A stretch of 64,000 bases of DNA, taken from contig OY970192.1 in assembly GCA_963708135.1 (NCBI GenBank), positions 1,024,001-1,088,000 of the forward strand, written 5' to 3'. The DNA is from an uncultured Gemmatimonadales bacterium. GTDB lineage: Bacteria; Gemmatimonadota; Gemmatimonadetes; Longimicrobiales; RSA9. The notes below the pieces were generated by a model. That model did no database searches and was not told where the DNA came from. It was given only the letters and a program-made list of their open reading frames with translations. The translations under genes were made by a program, and so were the position numbers. This document shows positions 30,891 through 39,364 of this stretch, piece by piece (the stretch's first letter is position 1; each line of letters starts with the position of its first letter).

Positions 30891-32686
30891 GGCTGGCGGT
30901 CGCGCCGCGCTCGGCCGGGCTAGCCCTGCTGCTGACGCTGGCCGCGGGGGCAGGGGCATCCTCGGCCGCACAGCAGGGAGGCACCGAGTTGACGCGGGCG
31001 ATGCAGGAGATCCAGCTGCTCCGGCAGGAAGAGCAGCTGGAGTCGAGCGGCCAGTTCGCGGCGGCGGAGCAGGTGCTCCGGCAGATCCTCGACCGGAACC
31101 CCGGCTCGCTCAGCGCTCTGATCGCGCTCGACCGGCTGCTGCGGATCCAGCGTCGTTCAGAGGACGTGATCCCGGCCATCCGCGCGATGCTGGCCATCGA
31201 CCGGACGTCGCCGATCGCGAACCAGATGCTGGTCCGGACGTACTCGTTCCTGAACAAGCCGGACTCCGTGCAGGTGGCGGGGGACGCCTGGATCGAGGCC
31301 ACGCCGGGGCTGGAGACGCCCTACCGCGAGGTGGCGCGGGTGTGGGAGCAGCGCGGAGAGTACGCGCGGGCCGCCCAGGTGCTGGAGCGCGGGCGCAAGC
31401 GGCTGAAGCGGCCGGACGCGCTCGCACTGGAGCTCGGCGATGCCTACGCGCTGCAGGGCGATGATGCGCGCGCGGCGCACGAGTGGCAGGCGGCGGTCGG
31501 GGAGGATGGGCGCGGCTTCATGCTCGTGCAGCGGCGGATCGCGGGCCTTCCCGATGGCGGCGCGAACGTCCTGCCGGGGCTCATCGACCTGCTCATGAAG
31601 AAGCCGACGTCGCCGGCGCGGCAGCGGGCGGCGGCGAGCCTGGCGATGGATGCGGGGCTCGAGCCGCGGGCCACGGCGATCGCGCGGGAGGTGGCCGGCA
31701 CACTCGATCAGCGCGCACGCGGCGGCTTCCTCATCGAAGTCGCGCGTAAGGCGGACGGCGCGGGGCTCCAGCGGCTGGCCTACTGGGCCTATGGCCAGCT
31801 GGCGCAGGCGGGCGGCCCGCCGGAGCGGCTGCTGGCGATCCGGAGCCGGGTCGCGGAGCTGGCGCTCGCGCTGGGCGACACCGCGCGGGCGGCGCAGAGC
31901 TATCAGGCGCTGGAGAAGGAATCGGCGGCCGGCTCGCCGCAGCGCCGGCAGGCGATGGCGCTACGCATCGAGCTCGCGGCACACGCCGGCAAGGCGGATG
32001 AGGCGGCGAGCTCGCTCGCCACGTTCCGGACCGAGTACCCGGACGCACCGGAGACGGACGAGCTGTGCGGGAGCGTGGCGGAGGCGTTTCTCGCGAAGGC
32101 CGACCTGACGCGCGCGGAGCAGTCGATCTCCGGGGTGAACGGGCCGCGGAGCAGCCTGGTCGCGGGGCGCGTCGCGCTGCGCCGAGGGGACCTGGCCAAG
32201 GCGCGCAAGGCGCTCACGGCGGCGGCGGCGGGGATCAGCGGGACGGAGGGGACGGAGACCGTCGCCCTGTTGAACGTCGTGAGCCAGCTCTCCCCGGCGG
32301 GCGGAGATCTCCTCGGCCGGGCGCTGGGCGAGGCGGCCGCCGGGCAGAAGGTCGATGCGGTGGCCCTGCTCGTGGACGGCTCGGCGAAGCTGGACGACGC
32401 CGAGCGGGCGGCCGTGCTCGACTACGCCGCGGGGCTCGCGGACCGCGCCGAGCTGCCCGAGCTGGCGGAGCGGGCGCGGCGGCTGATCATCACCAGCTAT
32501 CCGAAGGCGCTGGAGGCGCCCGCCGCGCTGCTCGCGCTCGGCCGCGCGCTGGCGGAGCGGCCGACGACCGTCGCGGAGGCGCGGCAGCTGCTCGAGCGCC
32601 TGATCGTCGATTATCCCCGGAGCGCGCTGGCCCCGGAGGCCAGGCATGAGCTGGACCTCGTGCAGGGCCGGATCCCGCGCTCGTGA
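30887..32686 (+). CDS. Exported tetratricopeptide-repeat protein
   Basis: Signal peptide; helical repeats with YP..P turns (EYPDAPE, SYPKALE, DYPRSALAPEAR); GTGA coupling. Confidence 0.8.
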   Translation: MRLAVAPRSAGLALLLTLAAGAGASSAAQQGGTELTRAMQEIQLLRQEEQLESSGQFAAAEQVLRQILDRNPGSLSALIALDRLLRIQRRSEDVIPAIRAMLAIDRTSPIANQMLVRTYSFLNKPDSVQVAGDAWIEATPGLETPYREVARVWEQRGEYARAAQVLERGRKRLKRPDALALELGDAYALQGDDARAAHEWQAAVGEDGRGFMLVQRRIAGLPDGGANVLPGLIDLLMKKPTSPARQRAAASLAMDAGLEPRATAIAREVAGTLDQRARGGFLIEVARKADGAGLQRLAYWAYGQLAQAGGPPERLLAIRSRVAELALALGDTARAAQSYQALEKESAAGSPQRRQAMALRIELAAHAGKADEAASSLATFRTEYPDAPETDELCGSVAEAFLAKADLTRAEQSISGVNGPRSSLVAGRVALRRGDLAKARKALTAAAAGISGTEGTETVALLNVVSQLSPAGGDLLGRALGEAAAGQKVDAVALLVDGSAKLDDAERAAVLDYAAGLADRAELPELAERARRLIITSYPKALEAPAALLALGRALAERPTTVAEARQLLERLIVDYPRSALAPEARHELDLVQGRIPRS

Positions 32687-32717
32687 ACCCCCGCCGCAGC
32701 AGAGAAGGAAGCCGACC

Positions 32718-33974
32718 GTGAAACGAATCGCCCTTGCCCTCCTGGCCCTCCTCATCCTTGCCGTGCCGGCACGCGCGCAGTACCTGCTCGTACCGATGGA
32801 CGGATCGCAGACCAACCACCTCAAGGCGTACGGGCTCACGTACTGGGTGCTGGAGCAGGGCGTCAGCGCCGAGTGGCTGCTGAACTACCACGACGGCTCG
32901 TTCCTGCTGCCGGACCGCTCGGACGTGCGCCGGGAGGCGGCGCTCCGGGGCGTTTCCTTCGAGGCCAAGACCGTGGCGCAGGTGGCGGAGATCCGGGGCG
33001 AAATCCAGCGCAACAACATGGACATCGTGATCCTCGAGAAGGCGCCCAAGATCGCCGTCTACACGCCGGACGACGCGCGGCCCTGGGACGACGCCGTGAC
33101 GCTCGCCCTGACGTACGCGGACATCCCCTACGACAAGGTATGGGATCCCGACGTGCTGGAGGGGCGGCTCAAGGACTACGACTGGCTGCACCTGCACCAC
33201 GAGGATTTCACCGGGCAGTACTCGAAGTTCTTCATCAACTATGCCGGCGCGCCCTGGCTGCAGGAGGACGTGCAGAAGAACGAGGGCGTGGCCAAGCGCT
33301 TCGGGTTCGCCAACGTGCCGGCGGAGAAGAAGGCGGTGGCGGAGGCGATCCGGCAGTACGTTGCCGACGGCGGGTTCCTGTTCGCGATGTGCAGCGCGAC
33401 GGAGACGCTGGACCTGGCGCTGGCGGCGAAGAACGTGGACATCGCGCAGCCGTTCGCCGACGGGACGCCAATGGATCCGGACGCCACGGCCAAGATGGAC
33501 TGGAGCCGTACGCTGGCCTTCGAGAACGCGAAAATGGTGACGAACCCCGCGGTGGACTCCTACAGCGACATCGACGGCCACCAGGTGAACACGCCCTGGC
33601 GGCAGCCACTCGGCACCTACACGCTCTTCGACTTCAGCGCCAAGTTCGATCCCGTACCGGCCATGCTCACGCAGGACCACGAGAAGGTGCTTCCTGACTT
33701 CTACGGCGTCACGACCTCGTTCCGGCGCGACCGGCTGAAGCCCGGCATCGTGGTGCTGGCGGAGGAGGAGGGCGCCCCGTGGGTCAAGTACATCCATGGC
33801 GACTACGGCAAGGGCACCTGGACCTTCTTCGGCGGCCACGACCCGGAGGACCCGCAGCACCAGATCGGCGATCCGACGACCGACCTCAGCCTGCACCCGC
33901 ATTCACCCGGGTACCGGCTGATCCTGAACAACGTGCTGTTCCCGGCAGCGAAGAAGAAGACGCTGAAGACGTAG
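32718..33974 (+). CDS. Exported conserved protein with class-I GATase-like elbow (family often labelled asparagine synthetase B)
   Basis: Signal peptide ending ARA-Q; NHLKAYG, PWDDAVTLALTYA, DWLHLHHEDFTGQY, GGFLFAMCSA, GGHDPED, LILNNVLFPAA. Confidence 0.8.
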   Translation: MKRIALALLALLILAVPARAQYLLVPMDGSQTNHLKAYGLTYWVLEQGVSAEWLLNYHDGSFLLPDRSDVRREAALRGVSFEAKTVAQVAEIRGEIQRNNMDIVILEKAPKIAVYTPDDARPWDDAVTLALTYADIPYDKVWDPDVLEGRLKDYDWLHLHHEDFTGQYSKFFINYAGAPWLQEDVQKNEGVAKRFGFANVPAEKKAVAEAIRQYVADGGFLFAMCSATETLDLALAAKNVDIAQPFADGTPMDPDATAKMDWSRTLAFENAKMVTNPAVDSYSDIDGHQVNTPWRQPLGTYTLFDFSAKFDPVPAMLTQDHEKVLPDFYGVTTSFRRDRLKPGIVVLAEEEGAPWVKYIHGDYGKGTWTFFGGHDPEDPQHQIGDPTTDLSLHPHSPGYRLILNNVLFPAAKKKTLKT

Positions 33975-34022
33975 GCTCGGGGTAAGAGACTCGGGGCTGG
34001 CGAGTCGAGGTTCGGGTCTTGG

Positions 34023-34055
34023 GGGCGGGCGCGCGAGGCGCGCCCGCCCTTTTTT
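34023..34055 (+). terminator. Rho-independent terminator
   Basis: 12-bp stem GGGCGGGCGCGC/GCGCGCCCGCCC, loop GAG, followed by T6. Confidence 0.9.
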
Positions 34056-34204
34056 GGCGCCCTCGCGGCGGGCGGCGGGAGCGCTTAGGTTTCGGGATCT
34101 GTTCGCCCACGACGAGCGGAAGCGTCCCGACCAGCCGCGGCGGCCACGATCGGCAGCGCAAGTCCGCACGTTCGTATTCGTTCTCACCCTCACCCCTGGT
34201 CGTG

Positions 34205-36718
34205 ATGCGGGAACGGGACCTCACACTCACGGAGCGCGCGGCGGCGCGGATCCGGGCGGCGATTGCGCGGGCGCGAGGCAACGAGGTCTGCTTCCTGGCG
34301 CAAGTGGGGGTCGGGGGCGAGGTCGAGGAGCCGCGGGTCGTCGCGCGGGGGCACGGGACGGCGGTGCTCGCGGCGGTGGGCGAGGCGGAGCCGGGGATGC
34401 TGGTGATCCACAACCACCCCTCGGGCGAGCTGGCGCCGTCGGACGCGGACATTGAGGTCGCGGCGCGGCTGCACGAGGAGGGCGTGGGGCTGGCCATCAC
34501 GGACAACGGCGCGCAGGAGCTGTATGTGGTGGTGGAGCCGGTCTCGAAGCGGGAGCACAAGCGGCTGGACGAGGCGGTGCTGGACGCGGTGCTGGCGCCG
34601 GGAGGGCCGGTGGCGGCGCTGCATCCGGGGTACGAGGATCGGCCGGCGCAGCGGGAGATGACGCAGGCGGTAGCGCGGGCGTACAACGAGGGCGGCGTCG
34701 CCCTCGTCGAGGCGGGGACCGGGACCGGCAAGTCGATAGCCTACCTGCTGCCGGCGCTGCGGTGGGCGCTCGCGAACCGGGAGCGGACGCTCGTCTCGAC
34801 GAACACGATCAACCTCCAGGAGCAGCTGGTCGGGAAGGACCTGCCGTTCCTGCGGCGGGCGCTCGCGGAGCCGTTCCGCTACGCGCTGGTGAAGGGGCGC
34901 CAGAACTACGTTTCGATTCGGCGGGCGCGGCTCGCGGCGGAGGCGGCGCCGGTGCTGCTGGACGGCGGCCAGCGTGCGGAGCTGGAGGCGATCGTGGAAT
35001 GGCTCCAGCACACGCGGGAGGGCTCGCTGCAGGATCTGCCGTTCGCGCCGACGCCGGAGGTGTGGGAGGAGGTGGCGAGCGAGTCGGACGTATGCCTGCG
35101 GGCGAAGTGCCCGACCTTCGAGGCGTGCTTCTACCAGAGGGCGCGACGGGCGGCGGCATCCGCGGACGTGCTGGTGGTGAACCACCATCTCCTCTTCAGC
35201 GACCTGGCGGTGCGGCGGGCGCAGGGCAACTACACGGCTCCGGCGGTGCTGCCACCGTACCGGCGGGTGGTGCTGGACGAGGCTCACAACATCGAGGATG
35301 CGGCCACCTCGCACCTGGGCGCCAACGTCTCGCGGCGGGGGCTGCTGCGGCTGCTCGGGCGGCTGGAGCGCCGAGGGCGCGGGCTGCTGCCGGCATTCGA
35401 GGAGCGGCTGAAGCGGGGCGAGGACGACCTGCTCCAGCAGGACGCGCTGCGCATGATCACGCGCACGCTGAGGCCGGCGCTGGAGCGGGCGCGGGAGGCG
35501 ACGAGCGCCCTCTTCGACCGGCTGGAGACGGTGATCGAGCGCGCGCCGGAGAGCGTGCTGCGGCTGGCGGACTCGGAGGGCGTGCGGCCGGACTGGGCGG
35601 CGTCGCTCGACGTGGCGGTGGAGAACCTGCTGGGGCTGCTCGGCGACGTGGCGCGGGGGCTCGCGCACCTGCGGGAGCGGATCCAGCTGGACCGGGACTG
35701 GGCGGAGAGCCTGGAAGAGCGGCTGCTCGAGTTGCGCGGCGCGGCGGGCCGGCTGGAGGCGGCGCTGCAGGGGCTAAGGCTCGCCCTGGTGCCGGGCGAG
35801 GACCCGTTCCCGACGGTCCGGTGGCTGGAGCGGCGGGGCGGCCCCGGGCGCGCCAACGTGGCCGTGCGGGCGGCGCCGGTGGATCTCTCGGAGGCGCTCC
35901 GGGAGGCGCTCTTCGACCAGGTGGATACGGCCGTGCTGACCTCCGCCACGCTGGCCACGCGGAGCGGCTTCGATTTCCTGCGCTCGCGCATCGGCCTGGC
36001 GCGCGGCGGGCTCCGCCTGAGCGAGGCGGTGCTGCCCTCGCCCTTCGAGTACGAGACGCAGACGGTTCTCGCGATCCCGACAGACCTGCCGGAGCCGCGG
36101 GCCGGCGCGGGAGAGGCGTTCGACCGGGCGACGACGGATGTCGTGGCCGAGCTCGCCGGCCTCAGCGACGGCGGCGTCTTCGCGCTCTTCACCTCGTACC
36201 GCTCGCTGCGCGCCGTGGCCGCCGGCCTGCGCGCGCGCCGCCTGGAGGCGCGCTGGCCGCTGTTCGTGCAGGGCGAGGGCTCGCGTGCGCGGCTGCTCGA
36301 GCGGTTCACGGAGTCGGGGCGGGGAATCCTGCTGGGGGTGGCCTCGTTCTGGGAGGGCGTGGACGTGCCCGGTGATCCGCTGCGGGGGCTCGTGATCGCC
36401 AAGCTGCCGTTCCTCGTGCCGAACGAGCCGCTCACCGCGGCCCGGCTCGAGGCCATCGACCGGGACGGCGGCAACAGCTTCCACGACTACCTGCTGCCGC
36501 ACGCCGCGCTGCGCCTGAAGCAGGGCTTCGGCCGGCTGATCCGGTCGCGCACGGACCGGGGCGCCATCGTGCTGCTCGACCGGCGCGTGGTCGAGCGAAA
36601 CTACGGCCGCTACTTCCTGGAGTCGCTGCCGGCGGCGCCCGTGCGGACGGGGCCGTGGAGCGTGCTGCGGGGAGAGCTGGAGAGGTTTTACGGCGAACGG
36701 CTTCGAAACGGGGGGTGA
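34205..36718 (+). CDS. DinG/YoaA-family SF2 helicase with N-terminal JAB/MPN (RadC-like) domain
   Basis: JAMM motif E..HNHPSGELAPSDAD; Q motif RPAQ, Walker A EAGTGTGKS, DEAH, SAT, FWEGVDVPG, QGFGRLIRS. Confidence 0.92.
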   Translation: MRERDLTLTERAAARIRAAIARARGNEVCFLAQVGVGGEVEEPRVVARGHGTAVLAAVGEAEPGMLVIHNHPSGELAPSDADIEVAARLHEEGVGLAITDNGAQELYVVVEPVSKREHKRLDEAVLDAVLAPGGPVAALHPGYEDRPAQREMTQAVARAYNEGGVALVEAGTGTGKSIAYLLPALRWALANRERTLVSTNTINLQEQLVGKDLPFLRRALAEPFRYALVKGRQNYVSIRRARLAAEAAPVLLDGGQRAELEAIVEWLQHTREGSLQDLPFAPTPEVWEEVASESDVCLRAKCPTFEACFYQRARRAAASADVLVVNHHLLFSDLAVRRAQGNYTAPAVLPPYRRVVLDEAHNIEDAATSHLGANVSRRGLLRLLGRLERRGRGLLPAFEERLKRGEDDLLQQDALRMITRTLRPALERAREATSALFDRLETVIERAPESVLRLADSEGVRPDWAASLDVAVENLLGLLGDVARGLAHLRERIQLDRDWAESLEERLLELRGAAGRLEAALQGLRLALVPGEDPFPTVRWLERRGGPGRANVAVRAAPVDLSEALREALFDQVDTAVLTSATLATRSGFDFLRSRIGLARGGLRLSEAVLPSPFEYETQTVLAIPTDLPEPRAGAGEAFDRATTDVVAELAGLSDGGVFALFTSYRSLRAVAAGLRARRLEARWPLFVQGEGSRARLLERFTESGRGILLGVASFWEGVDVPGDPLRGLVIAKLPFLVPNEPLTAARLEAIDRDGGNSFHDYLLPHAALRLKQGFGRLIRSRTDRGAIVLLDRRVVERNYGRYFLESLPAAPVRTGPWSVLRGELERFYGERLRNGG

Positions 36719-36800
36719 GGGTGAGGGTGAGGGTGGGGGTAAGGGTGGGGGTAAGGGTGGGGGTGGGAAGCGGGTGGGGGCGGCGGGGGGCGGCGGGTGG
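36711..36800 (+). repeat. G-rich hexamer tandem tract (GGGTGA/GGGTGG/GGGTAA units)
   Basis: About nine GGGTRR units starting at the helicase stop codon, followed by more G-runs. Confidence 0.9.
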
Positions 36801-36903
36801 GACATTTTGGCGGCCATGCGGGGGGTTTGGCGGCCGGCGGACGGGGGCGGGCGGTGGCACGCGTTGCGCAGATCGAGGGGGGTGGCCCCTTCCGGAGGCG
36901 ATC

Positions 36904-37374
36904 ATGGCGGAACTTGGTAGACCGACGCTCAGGATGCTGGACCGGGCGGCGATCGAGCGGATCCTCGCGCGCAACACGGTGGGCAGGATCGCGTACGCCT
37001 ACCACGGCCGCGTGGACGTGGAGCCGATTCATTATGTGTACGCGGACGGCTGGATCTACGGCCGCACGTCCACGGGCGCGAAGCTGGGGGCGATCGCGCA
37101 CAACCGCTTCGTGGCGTTCGAGGTGGACGAGACGCGGGACCTGTTCGAGTGGTCGAGCGTGGTGGTGAAGGGCGCGTTCTACGAGCTCTCGGCGGACGCG
37201 TCGGAGCGGGAGCGGGTGGCCTGGGAGCACGGCGTCGCGCTGCTGCGGCAACTGCTGCCGGAGACCTTCACGGCTGAGGACCCGGTCCCGTTCCGGCAGA
37301 CGCTGTTCCGCATCTCGGCGCGCACGGCGACGGGGCGGGAGGCGGTGCCGGCGGAGGTCGGCGCTGCGGGATGA
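36904..37374 (+). CDS. Pyridoxamine 5'-phosphate oxidase-like FMN-binding protein
   Basis: GRIAY, PIHYVY, RTS.GAK, VAFEVDE, WSSVVVKG, TGR; GGAGG SD. Confidence 0.88.
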   Translation: MAELGRPTLRMLDRAAIERILARNTVGRIAYAYHGRVDVEPIHYVYADGWIYGRTSTGAKLGAIAHNRFVAFEVDETRDLFEWSSVVVKGAFYELSADASERERVAWEHGVALLRQLLPETFTAEDPVPFRQTLFRISARTATGREAVPAEVGAAG

Positions 37375-37518
37375 GGGGGACGCCGGATGGGGGTGGCGGT
37401 GAGGGTGCGGGTGGGCAACGGCGGGGGAGCTGCGGGTGGGGATCTGGCCTGGGGATCTGGCCTCGAGGGATGGGCGGCGGTAGTGTAGGGCATCGTCATC
37501 CCTGACCGAGAGGCGCCG

Positions 37519-38130
37519 ATTTCACCGACGAAGATCGTTTGCGTGGGCCGCAACTACCTGGCGCACGCGCGGGAGCTGGGCAACGAGGTGCCGGAGCGGC
37601 CGCTGTTCTTCCTGAAGCCGCCGTCGGCGCTGGTGGGCGACGGGGAGGCGATCGTGCTGCCGCCGGACTCGTCGCGGGTCGAGCACGAGGGCGAGATCGC
37701 GGTGGTGATCGGGCGGCGCTGCCGGCACGTGGCGGAGGTGGAGGCGGGGGCGGTGATCGCGGGCTACGCGCCGCTGAACGACGTGACGGCGCGCGACCTG
37801 CAACGCCTGGACGGGCAGTGGACGCGGGCGAAGGGGTTCGACACCTTCTGTCCGCTGGGCGCCACGGTTGCGGCGGAGGGGCTGGACTGGCGGGCGCTCG
37901 AGGTGGTGTGCCGGGTCAACGGGGAGGAGCGGCAGCGGGGGCGGGGCGAGGAGATGGCGTTCGGGATCCCGCACCTGGTGGCGGCGGCGAGCCGGATCAT
38001 GACGCTCCTGCCGGGGGACGTGATCGCCACCGGCACGCCGGAAGGCGTCGGTCCTCTCGTGGCGGGAGACGTCGTCGAGGTGGAGCTCGTGGGCCTCGGC
38101 ACGATCCGCAACCCCGTGACGTCCGCCTGA
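37519..38130 (+). CDS. Fumarylacetoacetate hydrolase family protein (probable ATT start)
   Basis: PTKIVCVGRNY..HARE, FLKPPS, HEGEIAVVIG, NDVTARDLQ, AKGFDTF, TLLPGDVIATGTPEGVG. Confidence 0.93.
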   Translation: MSPTKIVCVGRNYLAHARELGNEVPERPLFFLKPPSALVGDGEAIVLPPDSSRVEHEGEIAVVIGRRCRHVAEVEAGAVIAGYAPLNDVTARDLQRLDGQWTRAKGFDTFCPLGATVAAEGLDWRALEVVCRVNGEERQRGRGEEMAFGIPHLVAAASRIMTLLPGDVIATGTPEGVGPLVAGDVVEVELVGLGTIRNPVTSA

Positions 38131-38167
38131 TTTCCGGCGACCCCCTGGCTGGAGAGTAGCCAACCCG

Positions 38168-39325
38168 ATGCCGAGACTCGCGGCACGCTTCGAGAATTTC
38201 CCCCCGTACCCATTGGCGGACGTACCGGAGCTGAAGCGCCGGCTGCGCGCCGAAGGCGTGGATGTCATCGACCTCGGCGCCGGGGATGCGGACCTGGCAC
38301 CGCCGGCCGCGGCGGTGGCGGCGCTGGCGGAGGCGGCGGCGGTGCCGGAGCTCGGGCGCTATCCGTTCCAGCTGGGGCTGCCGGCGTTTCGCGAGCAGGT
38401 CGCGACCTGGATGGGCGCCCGCTTCGGCGTGGCGCTGGACCCGTACCGCGAGATCCTGCCGCTGATCGGCTCGAAGGAGGGGATCGCGCACCTGGCGTTC
38501 GCCTACGTGGGCGGCGGGGACGCCACGGTGGTGCCGGACCCCGGGTATCAGCCGTACGTGGGCGGGACGCTGCTGGCCGGGGGCGAGGCGCACCTGGTGC
38601 CGCTGCGTCCCGGGAACGAGTTCCTGGTGCCGCTGGAGGAGATCCCGGCGGCGGTCGCGGAGCGGACGCGGATCCTGTACCTGAACTACCCGAACAACCC
38701 GACGGCGGCGATTGCGCCGCGCGACTACCTGGAGGCGGCCATCGACTGGTGCGCGCGGTGGGGCGCGGTCCTCGCCTACGACAACGCGTACAGCGAGCTG
38801 GCGTTCGACGGCTACCGGCCCCCGAGCATTCTGGAGCTCGACGGCGCGCGCGAGGTGGCGGTCGAGTTCCACTCGTTCTCGAAGACGTACAACATGACCG
38901 GGTGGCGGATTGGCTGGGCGGCGGGCGGTGCAGAGGTGATCTCCGCTCTTGCGCGCGTGAAGTCGTTCGTGGACACGGGCGTCTACCTGCCGGTGCAGGC
39001 GGCGGCGCGCGCGGCGCTGCAGTCGTACGAGTCCTGGGTGCCGGGCAACGTCGAGCAGTTCCGGCTGCGGCGTGACGCGCTCACGGCGGCGCTGTGCGCG
39101 GCCGGCTTCCAGGCGAGCGCGCCGCACGCGACCATGTACCTGTGGGTGCCCGTCCCGGGCGGCGACTCGGAGGCGTTCGCGCGGCGCGCGCTCGTGGAGC
39201 AGGGCGTGGTGCTCATGCCGGGCGCAGCGCTCGGCGCGGGCGGCGAGGGCTTCTTCCGGGCCGCGCTGACGCAGTCTCCCGACCGGTTGCGGGAAGCGGC
39301 CGCGCGCCTCGGCCGGCTGCTGTAG
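38168..39325 (+). CDS. Class I/II PLP aminotransferase (LL-diaminopimelate aminotransferase-like)
   Basis: LIGSKEGIAH, PDPGY, NYPNNPT, DNAY, SFSKTYNMTGWRIG. Confidence 0.9.
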   Translation: MPRLAARFENFPPYPLADVPELKRRLRAEGVDVIDLGAGDADLAPPAAAVAALAEAAAVPELGRYPFQLGLPAFREQVATWMGARFGVALDPYREILPLIGSKEGIAHLAFAYVGGGDATVVPDPGYQPYVGGTLLAGGEAHLVPLRPGNEFLVPLEEIPAAVAERTRILYLNYPNNPTAAIAPRDYLEAAIDWCARWGAVLAYDNAYSELAFDGYRPPSILELDGAREVAVEFHSFSKTYNMTGWRIGWAAGGAEVISALARVKSFVDTGVYLPVQAAARAALQSYESWVPGNVEQFRLRRDALTAALCAAGFQASAPHATMYLWVPVPGGDSEAFARRALVEQGVVLMPGAALGAGGEGFFRAALTQSPDRLREAAARLGRLL

Positions 39326-39364
39326 GGCCGGAACGGTGGGCAGGCAACGGGTTACAAGGGTTCC

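Noticed and set aside
32718..33974. Asparagine synthetase function
   Set aside because: No N-terminal Ntn Cys and no SGGLDS ATP-pyrophosphatase motif, and the protein has a signal peptide.
34205..36800. Type IV CRISPR (CasDinG) or a CBASS/ubiquitin-like defence locus
   Set aside because: No cas genes, repeat-spacer array, E1/E2 or cyclase nearby; the adjacent repeat is a simple hexamer tract without spacers.
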